This document shows positions 8,380 to 17,372 of a DNA stretch of 37,391 nt, piece after piece; position 1 is the first letter of the stretch, and each line of letters opens with the position of its first letter. The notes below the pieces were generated by a model. That model was not told the origin of the DNA and did not search any database. It saw nothing but the letters and a program-made list of their open reading frames with translations. This DNA is from Candidatus Woesearchaeota archaeon (GTDB taxonomy: Archaea; Nanobdellota; Nanobdellia; SCGC-AAA011-G17; GW2011-AR18). Location of the stretch: the NCBI GenBank assembly GCA_018303515.1, contig JAGVXZ010000025.1, forward strand, positions 1-37,391. The letters run 5' to 3'. The position numbers were made by a program, and so were the translations under genes.

Positions 8380-8820
8380 ATGAAAAAGAAAATCTTAATT
8401 GGATTATTTATAATTATATTATTCATTACAGCAGCATGTACAAAAAATGATTTAACAGATAATGCAGTTCTTTACAAATCAACATTTTGTGGTTGTTGTG
8501 AGGGTTACACCTCAAAACTAACAGGTGCTGGCATGAATATTGACGTAAAAAATATGGATGATGTATCACCAATAAAAGTAAAACACAAAATTCCTAGCGA
8601 AATGCAAAGTTGTCATACAATGGAAATTGAAGGTTACTTTGTAGAGGGTCACGTTCCATTTGAAGCTATACAAAAATTACTTAACGAAAAACCAGATATT
8701 GATGGAATTGCTCTTCCTGGAATGCCATCTGGTTCACCTGGAATGCCTGGAATGAAAAATGGTCCATTCATAATTTATTCCTTAAAAGATGGTGAAGCAA
8801 AGGAATTTATGACTATTTAA
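8380..8820 (+). CDS. DUF411/CopG-family periplasmic-type copper-resistance lipoprotein
   Basis: 146 aa with SD AAGGAGGT and a lipobox ITAAC. Hallmark motifs are present: FCGCCEGY, SCHTMEIEGYFVEGHVP and LPGMPSGSPGMPGM. Confidence 0.85.
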   Translation: MKKKILIGLFIIILFITAACTKNDLTDNAVLYKSTFCGCCEGYTSKLTGAGMNIDVKNMDDVSPIKVKHKIPSEMQSCHTMEIEGYFVEGHVPFEAIQKLLNEKPDIDGIALPGMPSGSPGMPGMKNGPFIIYSLKDGEAKEFMTI

Positions 8821-8821
8821 A

Positions 8822-9229
8822 ATGAGGAAAAAAAACATATTTATGGGGATGTCTTTGGCCATATTATTTATTGGTTTTTTTCAATTCACAAATAATATGG
8901 ACATGGAAATCTCAACCTTTTTATATTTAAAAGAAGATCTAATTTCTAAACACTTAGAGCATGGCACTTATAGGTGTTGTTTAAACAAACCATGTAGTTA
9001 TTGCATTGGTGATGCTCACGATGGAAGAAAAGGTTGCTATTGTCTTGAAAATATAATGAATGGTAAATCTCCCTGTGGTGAATGTGTAGGAGAAATATTA
9101 GAAGGCAATGGAAATAAATTTCTAGCTCCTTATTTTGCCAAGGCAATTTCTGAAAATACTGGACACGAAGAAACCGTAAAACAAATAATCTCAGAGAAAT
9201 ATAATATTCCAATAGAAAAACAAGTTTAA
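8822..9229 (+). CDS. exported Cys-rich (PCYCGC-motif-like) putative metal-binding protein
   Basis: 135 aa starting 1 nt after the DUF411 stop. It has an N-terminal hydrophobic helix. The Cys cluster reads YRCCLNKPCSYCIGDAHDGRKGCYCLENIMNGKSPCGECVGE. The family resemblance is by eye only. Confidence 0.65.
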   Translation: MRKKNIFMGMSLAILFIGFFQFTNNMDMEISTFLYLKEDLISKHLEHGTYRCCLNKPCSYCIGDAHDGRKGCYCLENIMNGKSPCGECVGEILEGNGNKFLAPYFAKAISENTGHEETVKQIISEKYNIPIEKQV

Positions 9230-9244
9230 TGGAGGTAATTTAAA

Positions 9245-9454
9245 ATGGTAAATTTAAAATGTGGTTGTAAAGTGAATAGTAATGGATGTTTTATTCTTGG
9301 TAATAATTGTTTAGAGAAAAACTGTAAGGAATGCCAAACAGTTTCTAAAATACATCCATTTGGTGATAAAAGATTTAAGAAGATATATCTAATATTAAAT
9401 TTATTTTTTAATTTTGAAACTAAGATTTTTTTTATATTCACTTACTTCAAATAA
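9245..9454 (+). CDS. small Cys-rich protein (hypothetical)
   Basis: 69 aa with GGAGGT 7 nt upstream of the ATG and eight Cys in the first 31 residues (KCGCKVNSNGCFILGNNCLEKNCKEC). The C-terminal half has odd composition, so confidence is modest. Confidence 0.4.
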   Translation: MVNLKCGCKVNSNGCFILGNNCLEKNCKECQTVSKIHPFGDKRFKKIYLILNLFFNFETKIFFIFTYFK

Positions 9455-9481
9455 GAAATATACTTCTCTAAAATAGATAAT

Positions 9482-9591
9482 TGCGGAGGACAGGTTTCGA
9501 ACCTGCGCAGGCACTAAGCCACTGGATATCTCATCAGTTACTCTAAGAATGATCTTAAGTCCAGCCCGTTTGACCACTCCGGCACCCCCGC
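9482..9591 (-). tRNA. tRNA-Leu (anticodon UAA) with a 26-nt intron
   Basis: The reverse complement folds as a cloverleaf. The acceptor stem is GCGGGGG/CCTCCGC (one G:U pair) and the D arm is CCG-GAGTGGTCAAA-CGG. The anticodon stem is CTGGA/TCCAG with loop CTTAAG[intron]A. The long variable arm is GGC-TTAGT-GCC and the T arm is GCAGG-TTCGAAA-CCTGT. The discriminator is A and no CCA is encoded. Confidence 0.85.
9528..9553 (-). other. tRNA intron at the canonical 37/38 position (boundary can slide by 1 nt)
   Basis: ATCATTCTTAGAGTAACTGATGAGAT interrupts the anticodon loop directly 3' of UAA-G. Removing it restores a 7-nt loop and a 5-bp stem. Confidence 0.75.
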
Positions 9592-9707
9592 ATAATATAA
9601 TAATTGGTTTCTAAGAATACCTTATAAAACTTTTCACTCTTATATTAAGGGGGTAAATAACTCTTTTTAAAACTAAATTTCCCTCAAAATAGAGGATTTT
9701 TAAAAGA

Positions 9708-10322
9708 TTACTTTAAAATCTTTCCAGTTTTCAAATACCACATATACAAATCTAATTCTCCCAAAGACATTTTAACTTCATCAGCAATTTTTCTAAATTC
9801 CTTCTCAATTTCTAAATACCCTTTTTTATTTATTTTCTTAGGTTTTTCTATTCTCCCATTATCAGCCATTAAGTTAATTATATGCCTATCTAAAATAGAA
9901 TAATCAAAATATCCAACATTGCGTAAGAAATGTGAAGCCTCTTTATATCCCAATCCTTTAATATTCTTAACTAACCATTCTCTAGGATTATTCAAAGAAA
10001 CGATTATCTTTTTAATAGATTTATAGTTCCTTGCATCAACAATATAACTCCCTTTATTATTATGGAATCTATGTTTGTTTCTCTTTATTGTTTCTCTTAT
10101 TTCTTCTAAGTTTTTATTCAAGAATCCTTTATGACCTAACTCATTTTGAATATTGATTGCAGTAGATGCTTTAGAATTTGCAGTTAATAAACAGAAACAT
10201 AATTCACTAAACCATTCTTTATCATTTTTAGTTTCAAAAGATGAAAATTCTCTTAATCTTGATTCTATTACCACTTTTATTTCAGAATTTCTAAGTTTAT
10301 TAATATCTTGAATAAGTCTCAT
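9708..10322 (-). CDS. ogg: 8-oxoguanine DNA glycosylase/AP lyase, archaeal Ogg2 (MJ0724) type
   Basis: 204 aa with near-colinear similarity to M. jannaschii Ogg as I recall it (EWFSELCFCLLTAN, IKGLGYKEASHFLRNVGY...ILDRHI, LDLYMWYLKTGKILK). HhH-GPD fold. Confidence 0.9.
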   Translation of the reverse strand: MRLIQDINKLRNSEIKVVIESRLREFSSFETKNDKEWFSELCFCLLTANSKASTAINIQNELGHKGFLNKNLEEIRETIKRNKHRFHNNKGSYIVDARNYKSIKKIIVSLNNPREWLVKNIKGLGYKEASHFLRNVGYFDYSILDRHIINLMADNGRIEKPKKINKKGYLEIEKEFRKIADEVKMSLGELDLYMWYLKTGKILK

Positions 10323-10780
10323 AATGTTTGAATAAAATACAGGACTTCTTTGGAATGATTTTTTGGATTTACTTTATCATAAACTTGGATGACTTTATTT
10401 GACTTATCTAACACATAAGTTATTCTACTAATACCCAAATATTCTATTCCCATAAATTTTCTCTTCCCATAAACACCATATTTCTTTGAAACAGAAAAAT
10501 CAATATCAGATAACAATAATATTTTTAAATTATGTTTATCACAAAATTTAGTTTTAGTTTTTTCATCTCCTCCAGAAATCCCAATAACTTGAATATTTAA
10601 TTTTTCAAATTCTTTAAGATCGCTAGTAAACTCTTTAGCCTCTATTGTACATCCAGGAGTATTATCTTTTGGATAGAAATAAACTACTTTATATTTGGAT
10701 TTACTTAAAGAATGAACTTTACCTTCCTTATCCTTTAATTTAAACTCAGGAGCTTTATCACCAATTTTAAGTAATACCAT
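10319..10780 (-). CDS. bcp: thiol peroxidase / peroxiredoxin Bcp
   Basis: 153 aa with the YFYPKDNTPGCTIEA peroxidatic-Cys motif. It overlaps ogg by 4 nt. Confidence 0.9.
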   Translation of the reverse strand: MVLLKIGDKAPEFKLKDKEGKVHSLSKSKYKVVYFYPKDNTPGCTIEAKEFTSDLKEFEKLNIQVIGISGGDEKTKTKFCDKHNLKILLLSDIDFSVSKKYGVYGKRKFMGIEYLGISRITYVLDKSNKVIQVYDKVNPKNHSKEVLYFIQTL

Positions 10781-10846
10781 TTCAGTTTTAAGTTTAATTC
10801 TTTTTATTAAGATTTGGGTATTTTAACAATTAAAAGTATTTTCTAC

Positions 10847-11542
10847 TTATTTTAATTTTCTCACATCTTTCACTTTTCCAAAATCAAATATTCCTTTTTC
10901 ACCAACAACCTTAACTTTAAAATTTTCAACTTTAGAAATAAAAGGACTCAAAAAATCCCCCTGTAAAATATCAGTTCCTTCAGATAAAACATTAAATGAT
11001 GGCATTACAATTAATTCCTTTTTTTTATAATTCCCTATTAAGAAACACTTATACTTCTCATCACGTGGATATTCTTTAATCGTAATCGCAGGATGTTCAT
11101 GCCCAATAACTATAGTTTTAATTTTATCAAAAGAAAAATCTACAGAATCACCATGGCAAATAAATATTTCCTTAAATTTAATGAAACTACATAACTCTAC
11201 ATTTTTACGAATAGCAATAGGATATAAAATATTATCATGATTGCCTTTAATTAAAATTACTCTTTTACAATTTAATCTTAAAAAATCAATAAAGTTACAA
11301 ATCTCTTTCCATTCGTCTTTTAGAATGGTCCCAAATTCATGTTTTAAATCCCCGTTAATAACAATTGTATTAATCTTAACAGTTTCAAATATTTTCTTTA
11401 ACTTTGAAACTGTTTTAGAATATTGTATTTTTGGAATTAAACTTCCCTTGTTATGTAGAGAAGCTTCATACCCTAAATGTATATCCCCAAAAACTAAAAC
11501 CTTTTCTTCCTCTAAATATAAACATAAATCAATAAATTTCAT
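10847..11542 (-). CDS. calcineurin-like metallophosphoesterase (archaeal SbcD/Mre11-related, MJ0037-like)
   Basis: Motifs GDIHLGYE, NGDLKHEF, KGNHD and IGHEHP are present. The track ORF starts at a TTG (11584). The first ATG (11542, MKFIDL...) is preferred and leaves a 52-bp divergent intergenic region. Confidence 0.8.
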   Translation of the reverse strand: MKFIDLCLYLEEEKVLVFGDIHLGYEASLHNKGSLIPKIQYSKTVSKLKKIFETVKINTIVINGDLKHEFGTILKDEWKEICNFIDFLRLNCKRVILIKGNHDNILYPIAIRKNVELCSFIKFKEIFICHGDSVDFSFDKIKTIVIGHEHPAITIKEYPRDEKYKCFLIGNYKKKELIVMPSFNVLSEGTDILQGDFLSPFISKVENFKVKVVGEKGIFDFGKVKDVRKLK

Positions 11543-11594
11543 ACTTTGAAGAACCACATAAAACTTAAATATCCTTTCTTTCAAAGATTAATCT

Positions 11595-12266
11595 ATGGAT
11601 ATTAAAGAGAAGAGATCAAAGAAACAACTAATCTCAGATATCTTAATAAGATTAAAACAAATTGAAGATTCAATAAATAATCAAAATACTGTTCTATTAA
11701 AATCAGCATCATTTGTAATAAGGCGTGATATTGAAGATTTAATAATTCTAATTGCAAAAGAAGGTTCAAATCAAGAAAAATCAATTGTAAGTGCCCATGA
11801 ATTTTATGAGTTTGTTAACTTCATCGAAGCTGAAATACTCTTACTTTCACATGATGAAATAAATTCTGACCAATTCTATTTTAAATTATTTAAAGATGAA
11901 TTTTTTCCTACTTCTCTGATAGTAAAAGACAAAATTAAAGAGCTTTTAGAATTAATAAGTCTTGATCCAATTACTGTAAAGCATAGTTCCACATACGATC
12001 GAAAATTAAAAAAGAACCCCTATTTAGGAGCCAGTCATACAATAAAAAAAACTGAGATTTCAATTATTAATTATTTTGAAAAGGGAGGAAAAATTGGTCA
12101 GAGCAATTATGCAAAAATATCTCGTGAAGACACGATATTACACTCCTGGATCCCAGCTCCAATGGATGACTACAGGATAGAGTATATATTTAATCCACAA
12201 AAGAGAGAAATCTTATTTTTAGATATTGGAAGGGCCGGTGCCGATTTTGGTTACAGTGGCCATTAA
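11595..12266 (+). CDS. hypothetical protein with RelE/ParE-like C-terminal segment
   Basis: 223 aa with an ATG start. The C-terminal DDYRIEYIFNPQKREILFLDIGRAG resembles the RelE/ParE core strand motif (GDYRiiY...v.il.igHR). The N-terminal ~150 aa is helical and unrecognised. Confidence 0.5.
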   Translation: MDIKEKRSKKQLISDILIRLKQIEDSINNQNTVLLKSASFVIRRDIEDLIILIAKEGSNQEKSIVSAHEFYEFVNFIEAEILLLSHDEINSDQFYFKLFKDEFFPTSLIVKDKIKELLELISLDPITVKHSSTYDRKLKKNPYLGASHTIKKTEISIINYFEKGGKIGQSNYAKISREDTILHSWIPAPMDDYRIEYIFNPQKREILFLDIGRAGADFGYSGH

Positions 12267-12586
12267 GCAAAATATTTTTGTACCACTTCAACAACTTGTT
12301 CAGAATCAGTATCACTGCACTCTTGTCTAAAACTATAATAGCTTACCTCCGGATCTCTATCTATTTTTTTAACTGCATTTCTAAATACCCTTGCAACTAA
12401 ATTTCCGGGAGATTCAGAAATTATTGCATTAAACCTTTCTAGGGAATAGTCAGGGTCTGGAGTATTATGAGTTACAGCATCACTATAAACTACAAAGCCA
12501 TTTTCATAATCAGTACCATAAAATATATAGTCTTCCTCTACACTATTTGGTATGTCTAAACTTCCCATTTTTTCTCTTAAACTCAT
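12263..12586 (-). CDS. small acidic hypothetical protein
   Basis: 107 aa, ATG start, 52 nt downstream of lhr on the same strand. No motif recognised. Confidence 0.5.
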   Translation of the reverse strand: MSLREKMGSLDIPNSVEEDYIFYGTDYENGFVVYSDAVTHNTPDPDYSLERFNAIISESPGNLVARVFRNAVKKIDRDPEVSYYSFRQECSDTDSEQVVEVVQKYFA

Positions 12587-12638
12587 AAAGTAAGATCAAT
12601 ACCACAAAGCATATAAAACATACTAAATCAAAAAATTC

Positions 12639-15251
12639 TTAAGAACTAAGAAGCAATTCTTTAATATCTCTTTTATTGTTTAAAGAGATCTTAGCTAAAA
12701 CCATATTATGCATTCTTTGTAAGAACTCTTGTCTATCTTCTAATTTGATTATATCCATTACGCCTTGTAGTGCAATATTGAAAGCAAATGGGCTAGGGAT
12801 TTTAGTTTCAATTTCTTCAAACTCTAATTTTCCTTCTTCAATTAACTGAATCACTAACATTGCATTTATTATATCCATTTGATCTTCTAAGACTTCTCTC
12901 CTAGCTTCCTTAAGAATTACAAAATCCTCAGAGATTTCTCTTACTGTTTTTAATAATCTCATTGAATTAACTTGTTGCCTTCCTGCTCTTTTTTGTTTTC
13001 CCTTATAATTTCTTAAAATCATTAAAGATCTTCCCGCACAATGTCTAAATCTCCTTTTCAAAACTTCAGAGTTGTCAATCGCTTTATCCATTATTTTTCT
13101 TAGTTCTTTAGATTTTATTAAATCAATAACCTTCAATACCTGAACTCCTTTACTAATTCCCAAATAAAATCCATTATCATTAATTCCAATAGTTACTGCT
13201 TTTTTTTGAGTTTTAGAAATTGCATAAGCTATTGCCCTTGACAAGACATCATTTACTCTTCTTCCAAATAAAGAGTGGAATATTACCTTTTTATTTCCAT
13301 ACTCATCAATATAATTCTCAACTATTATTTTTTTATCCGATGGAATTATTTTCAAGTAAGCATACTGTTCTAAAAAGTATTTATATATTGCTTCGGCAGA
13401 ATTATCATCTAAATATAAATAATCATTAATAAAATCAATAATCTCTTTCTTATTAATATTATTCTCAAACTGATCTAACATCAACCTTCTAAATCTATTT
13501 ATTTCCATTGCCAAGTCAAAACTTAGAGGTAACATCTCTGAAAACCAAGATGGTACTGTAGGTTGTTTATCCGACGCAACAGAAACATTTGCTACCATTC
13601 CTCTTGCATGTTTAAACAAATAAGTCTTTCCACCCAATACAAATCTATCCCCTTTCTCTAATCTTTCTAAGAAACTTTCATCTATAGTTCCAATAGGATG
13701 GCCATCTACTTTTACTGTAATTCCTGACTGATCTGGTATAGTTCCAATATTAGTCATATAAAGAACCCTAGCTAACTTCCCTCTTTTTCCAATTTTACCT
13801 TCTTCCCTCCAGATTTTAGCATAAATATATCTCTCTTCTAAAGAAACAAAATCACCTGCTAAATATTTTAAAACTTCTTCAAAATCGCTCCTTTCTAAAT
13901 AAGAATAACAATAACTCTTTTTAATTAAGGAAAACATTTCTTCTTCATCCCATATTTTTTCTAATGCTAGTCCAAAGATCTGCTGTGATAAAACATCCAA
14001 TGCATTTTTCGGAATATGAATTCTATCTATTTTTTTTTCAATTCCTGATTTTAATAACAAAGAACATTCAACCAAATCATCCCTGTCTAATACAATTATT
14101 CTTCCTTTTGTAATTCCATGAAGTTTATGATTACTTCTTCCCATTCTTTGCAATGCTCTTGCAACTGACTTTGGACTTCCTAAACAAATTACTAGATTAA
14201 TAGAACCTATATCAATTCCTAATTCTAATGAGGTAGAACAACTAACAACCTTTATTTTCCCATCTTTCAATCTACTCTCCACATCAGTTCTATGTTCTTT
14301 ACTTAAACTTCCATGATGAGCTGCAACATTATCATCACCATATAATTTAGGAAATTTATCTTTTAATTTATGAATAACTCTTTCAGTTCCAGCTCTGGTG
14401 TTAGTAAAGATTAATGTAGTTTTATGTTCTTGCACTAGATCATTGATAGTTTTATACAAAGCATTTTGCATTTGTTCATAAGAACTATTAATTAAATCTT
14501 TAACTGGACAAACAACTTTCAAATCCATTTTCTTAAAATATTCAATATCAATTATCTTACAACTTCTTTCAGTTCCAACCAAACACTTTGCAACTTCTTC
14601 TAAAGGTGAAACCGTTGCACTTAACCCTATCCTTACCATGTAACCACATAAATTTTCTAACCTCTCCATACTCAAACTTAAATGTACCCCTCTTTTATTT
14701 TCAAACAAAGAATGTACTTCATCAGCAATAAACCACTGAACATTTTTTAAATTCTCACAAAATTTAACAGAAGAAAGTAAAATAGCTAAACTTTCAGGTG
14801 TTGTTATTAAAATATGCGGACTCTTTTTTAACATCTTAGATCTTTCAGTTGTAGTTGTATCACCAGTTCTTACAGCAATTCTAATTCCTAACTCTTTTCC
14901 ATAAAGTTTCTCTATTTCTTCTAAAGGTTCAATAAGATTTTTATATATATCAGCATTCAAAGCTTTTAATGGACTCACATATACACAATAAACTTGATCT
15001 TCTAATTCATTCCTAATTGATCTTTCAACTAATTCATTTAATATTGCTATGAAACCAGTTAAAGTTTTTCCACATCCTGTTGGAGCTGATACTAACACAT
15101 TTTGCCTATTATGAATTTCAGATACTGCAAATAACTGTGGTTTAGAAAAACTATCAAATTTACTAAAAAACCATTCTCTAACTAGTGGATTAAGTAAATC
15201 TTTTACTATTTCTTGATTATCAGCCTTCTGCTTATATCTTATTTGATCCAT
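12639..15251 (-). CDS. lhr: Lhr-type ATP-dependent DNA helicase (superfamily 2, DEAD/DEAH with Lhr C-terminal domains)
   Basis: 870 aa with Walker A APTGCGKT, DEVH box (IADEVHSL), SAT and motif VI QRMGRSNH. The long C-terminal region is typical of Lhr-core. Confidence 0.9.
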   Translation of the reverse strand: MDQIRYKQKADNQEIVKDLLNPLVREWFFSKFDSFSKPQLFAVSEIHNRQNVLVSAPTGCGKTLTGFIAILNELVERSIRNELEDQVYCVYVSPLKALNADIYKNLIEPLEEIEKLYGKELGIRIAVRTGDTTTTERSKMLKKSPHILITTPESLAILLSSVKFCENLKNVQWFIADEVHSLFENKRGVHLSLSMERLENLCGYMVRIGLSATVSPLEEVAKCLVGTERSCKIIDIEYFKKMDLKVVCPVKDLINSSYEQMQNALYKTINDLVQEHKTTLIFTNTRAGTERVIHKLKDKFPKLYGDDNVAAHHGSLSKEHRTDVESRLKDGKIKVVSCSTSLELGIDIGSINLVICLGSPKSVARALQRMGRSNHKLHGITKGRIIVLDRDDLVECSLLLKSGIEKKIDRIHIPKNALDVLSQQIFGLALEKIWDEEEMFSLIKKSYCYSYLERSDFEEVLKYLAGDFVSLEERYIYAKIWREEGKIGKRGKLARVLYMTNIGTIPDQSGITVKVDGHPIGTIDESFLERLEKGDRFVLGGKTYLFKHARGMVANVSVASDKQPTVPSWFSEMLPLSFDLAMEINRFRRLMLDQFENNINKKEIIDFINDYLYLDDNSAEAIYKYFLEQYAYLKIIPSDKKIIVENYIDEYGNKKVIFHSLFGRRVNDVLSRAIAYAISKTQKKAVTIGINDNGFYLGISKGVQVLKVIDLIKSKELRKIMDKAIDNSEVLKRRFRHCAGRSLMILRNYKGKQKRAGRQQVNSMRLLKTVREISEDFVILKEARREVLEDQMDIINAMLVIQLIEEGKLEFEEIETKIPSPFAFNIALQGVMDIIKLEDRQEFLQRMHNMVLAKISLNNKRDIKELLLSS

Positions 15252-15406
15252 TAATAAAACCTCAATAATAGCAAAACCAGAAACTTAAAAAGTCTTATGA
15301 GTAATTGTCAAGTGTGGTTATATCCTCTAATTAAAATGATTTATAGAAGGAAACCTTAAGGGACAAAAAAAGTAAATCTTAAAACTATTTACAAACTTAC
15401 AAAAGC

Positions 15407-16060
15407 ATGAAAAAATTATTCTGGGAAGACCCATACAGAACTGAATGTAAAGCAATAGTAACCGAAATAAAAGGAAATAAAATTAAAGTTAATCAATCAA
15501 TTTTCTACGCATTCTCGGGTGGTCAAGCATCAGACGAGGGTACAATTAATGGTATTAAAGTAAAAGAAGCAACTAAAGAAGGAGATAAAGAAGATATTAT
15601 AGACATTACTTACGAATTAGAAGAAGCACCAAACTTCAAAGTTGGAGAAGAAGTCGAAATTAAAATAAACAAAGAAAGAAGAGATAATTTAAGAAACTTA
15701 CATTCCGCAGCACATATATTATACTATATCACTATAGAAATTTTAGGTAAATTAAACATCGTAGGTTCTAATGTTTCTCCAGATAAAGCAAGAATGGATT
15801 TTCTTTACGAAAAACCTTTAACAGATAAAATCCCAATAATAGAAGATAGGATAAACAAGTTCATAGAAGAAGGACACGATATTATTATGAAACCTGATGA
15901 AAACAAATCGGATTTAAAGTGGTGGACATGTAATGATTGGAAAATGCCTTGTGGAGGAACACATGTTAAGAATTCTAAAGAGATTAGAAAAATAAAATTA
16001 AAAAGAAAGAACGTTGGTAAAGAAAAAGAAAGGATAGAAGTTACTTTTGCTTACTTATAA
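15407..16060 (+). CDS. alaX: alanyl-tRNA editing protein AlaX (AlaX-M type)
   Basis: 217 aa with the Zn-binding editing motifs HSAAHIL and CGGTHV of the Ala/Thr-tRNA synthetase second additional domain. Confidence 0.85.
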   Translation: MKKLFWEDPYRTECKAIVTEIKGNKIKVNQSIFYAFSGGQASDEGTINGIKVKEATKEGDKEDIIDITYELEEAPNFKVGEEVEIKINKERRDNLRNLHSAAHILYYITIEILGKLNIVGSNVSPDKARMDFLYEKPLTDKIPIIEDRINKFIEEGHDIIMKPDENKSDLKWWTCNDWKMPCGGTHVKNSKEIRKIKLKRKNVGKEKERIEVTFAYL

Positions 16061-16109
16061 AAAAATTTTACATAAAACAAACCTATCACTCCAAACAATA
16101 AACTTGAAA

Positions 16110-16670
16110 TTAAAATCTACTAGAAACAACATCCCAATCAATTGCATCTATAAAAGATTTAATGTAAGAAGCTCTATCCATACCATAATCAAGAATAAAA
16201 GCATGTTCAAACACATCCATAACTAATAAAGGAACACATCCACTCAAATGCCCAACATCATGTTCATTAATCCATGTATTAAATATTCTATCTCCTTTTT
16301 TATCATAAACCATTATTACCCATCCAATACCTCTTAATTTTCCACAAGAAATAAAATCCTCTTCACATTTTTCTAGAGAACCAAAATCTTCATTTAATTT
16401 TTCCATTAATTTTAAATTTTTAAGCTCTTTTTTTTCTTTAGTAATATTTTCAAAATATAATTCATGTAATCTCATTCCATTAAATTCCCACCCAAACCTT
16501 CTTTTCAGCTCGGCCCATTCTGGTGTTCCAGATTCAATTGATTTTAACTTTTCAATTAATAAATTTGTATTTTTCACATAACCATTATACAACCCAAAAT
16601 GTGTTTCTAATAATTTATTGCTAAAACCAGATGTCCCTAAAATTTTACTATAATCTTTAGTAGTATACAT
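16110..16670 (-). CDS. Fe/Mn-family superoxide dismutase
   Basis: 186 aa with metal-ligand contexts LETHFGLYNGY, MRLHELYF and MDVFEHAFILDY (the D-x-[WF]-E-H-A motif). Confidence 0.85.
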   Translation of the reverse strand: MYTTKDYSKILGTSGFSNKLLETHFGLYNGYVKNTNLLIEKLKSIESGTPEWAELKRRFGWEFNGMRLHELYFENITKEKKELKNLKLMEKLNEDFGSLEKCEEDFISCGKLRGIGWVIMVYDKKGDRIFNTWINEHDVGHLSGCVPLLVMDVFEHAFILDYGMDRASYIKSFIDAIDWDVVSSRF

Positions 16671-16727
16671 ATAAATTTTAAAATTAACAATTGTTTATAA
16701 CCTTTATTGTTATTGGAAATTTAAGAT

Positions 16728-17372
16728 TTAGATTGATTTAGAAAGCCTATCAAATAATTCCTTTTTAATTAGGATTTTCTCCTTAAGTCTTTGCATGGTT
16801 TCTTCTAAATCTAGAATAATCCTTTTATCACCATGATTACCTTGCCAAATTGCTTCATCCACAATTAATCCCCAATTAATATTGTTCTCTTTTTCAATTA
16901 TGTTAAGTATATCATCAAAATCTTTTTCTCTGTTTGTTACAGACTTTAAAAGAATAATATCTTCTTTTGATAAAACCATTACACTTAAAGTGTTTTCTTT
17001 CATAATAAAATCAAACCTTCCGTAAGTCCTTTCTGTCATAGCTTTACTTAATTTTGTAAGAAAAATATTTCTTACAAAAATATAAAATCTTTCATCACCT
17101 TTGGTATATATCTCTGGTTTATTTTTGTCTTTTTGATGTTTTTCTGAATAAATCGTAACTAAACTTGTCTTTGAGTACCCCAATTCTTTCAATGCACTAA
17201 CAAATTCACTTTTAGATCTTTCATCTTCAAAAATAATATCCACATCTTTAGTAGCGCCTTTGTAACCATAATACATCATCGCATTTCCACCAAAAGCATA
17301 ACATTTTATGTCTTTCTTCAAATATGCACTGATAAGTTTAAACAAACTAGTCATATCTTCTAAACTTATCAT
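16728..17372 (-). CDS. Pol-beta-superfamily nucleotidyltransferase (AbiEii/DUF-type, putative toxin-like partner)
   Basis: 214 aa with the NTase signature GGNAMMYYGYKGATKDVDI (GG-x13-DxD). The C-terminal motif is LSKEDIILLKSVTNREKDFDDILNII. It overlaps the upstream wHTH gene by 4 nt. Confidence 0.6.
   Translation of the reverse strand: MISLEDMTSLFKLISAYLKKDIKCYAFGGNAMMYYGYKGATKDVDIIFEDERSKSEFVSALKELGYSKTSLVTIYSEKHQKDKNKPEIYTKGDERFYIFVRNIFLTKLSKAMTERTYGRFDFIMKENTLSVMVLSKEDIILLKSVTNREKDFDDILNIIEKENNINWGLIVDEAIWQGNHGDKRIILDLEETMQRLKEKILIKKELFDRLSKSI

Noticed and set aside
8946-9441. Minus-strand ORFs 8946..9212 and 9226..9441
   Set aside because: They overlap plus-strand ORFs that have SD sequences and Cys-rich motifs, and their own translations look like random AT-rich sequence.
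16686-16695. Perfect 10-bp palindrome aacaattgtt between a TATA-like element and the SOD start, as a possible operator
   Set aside because: My rough estimate is that dozens of 10-bp palindromes are expected by chance in 37 kb of DNA this AT-rich. No second copy or known consensus supports it.
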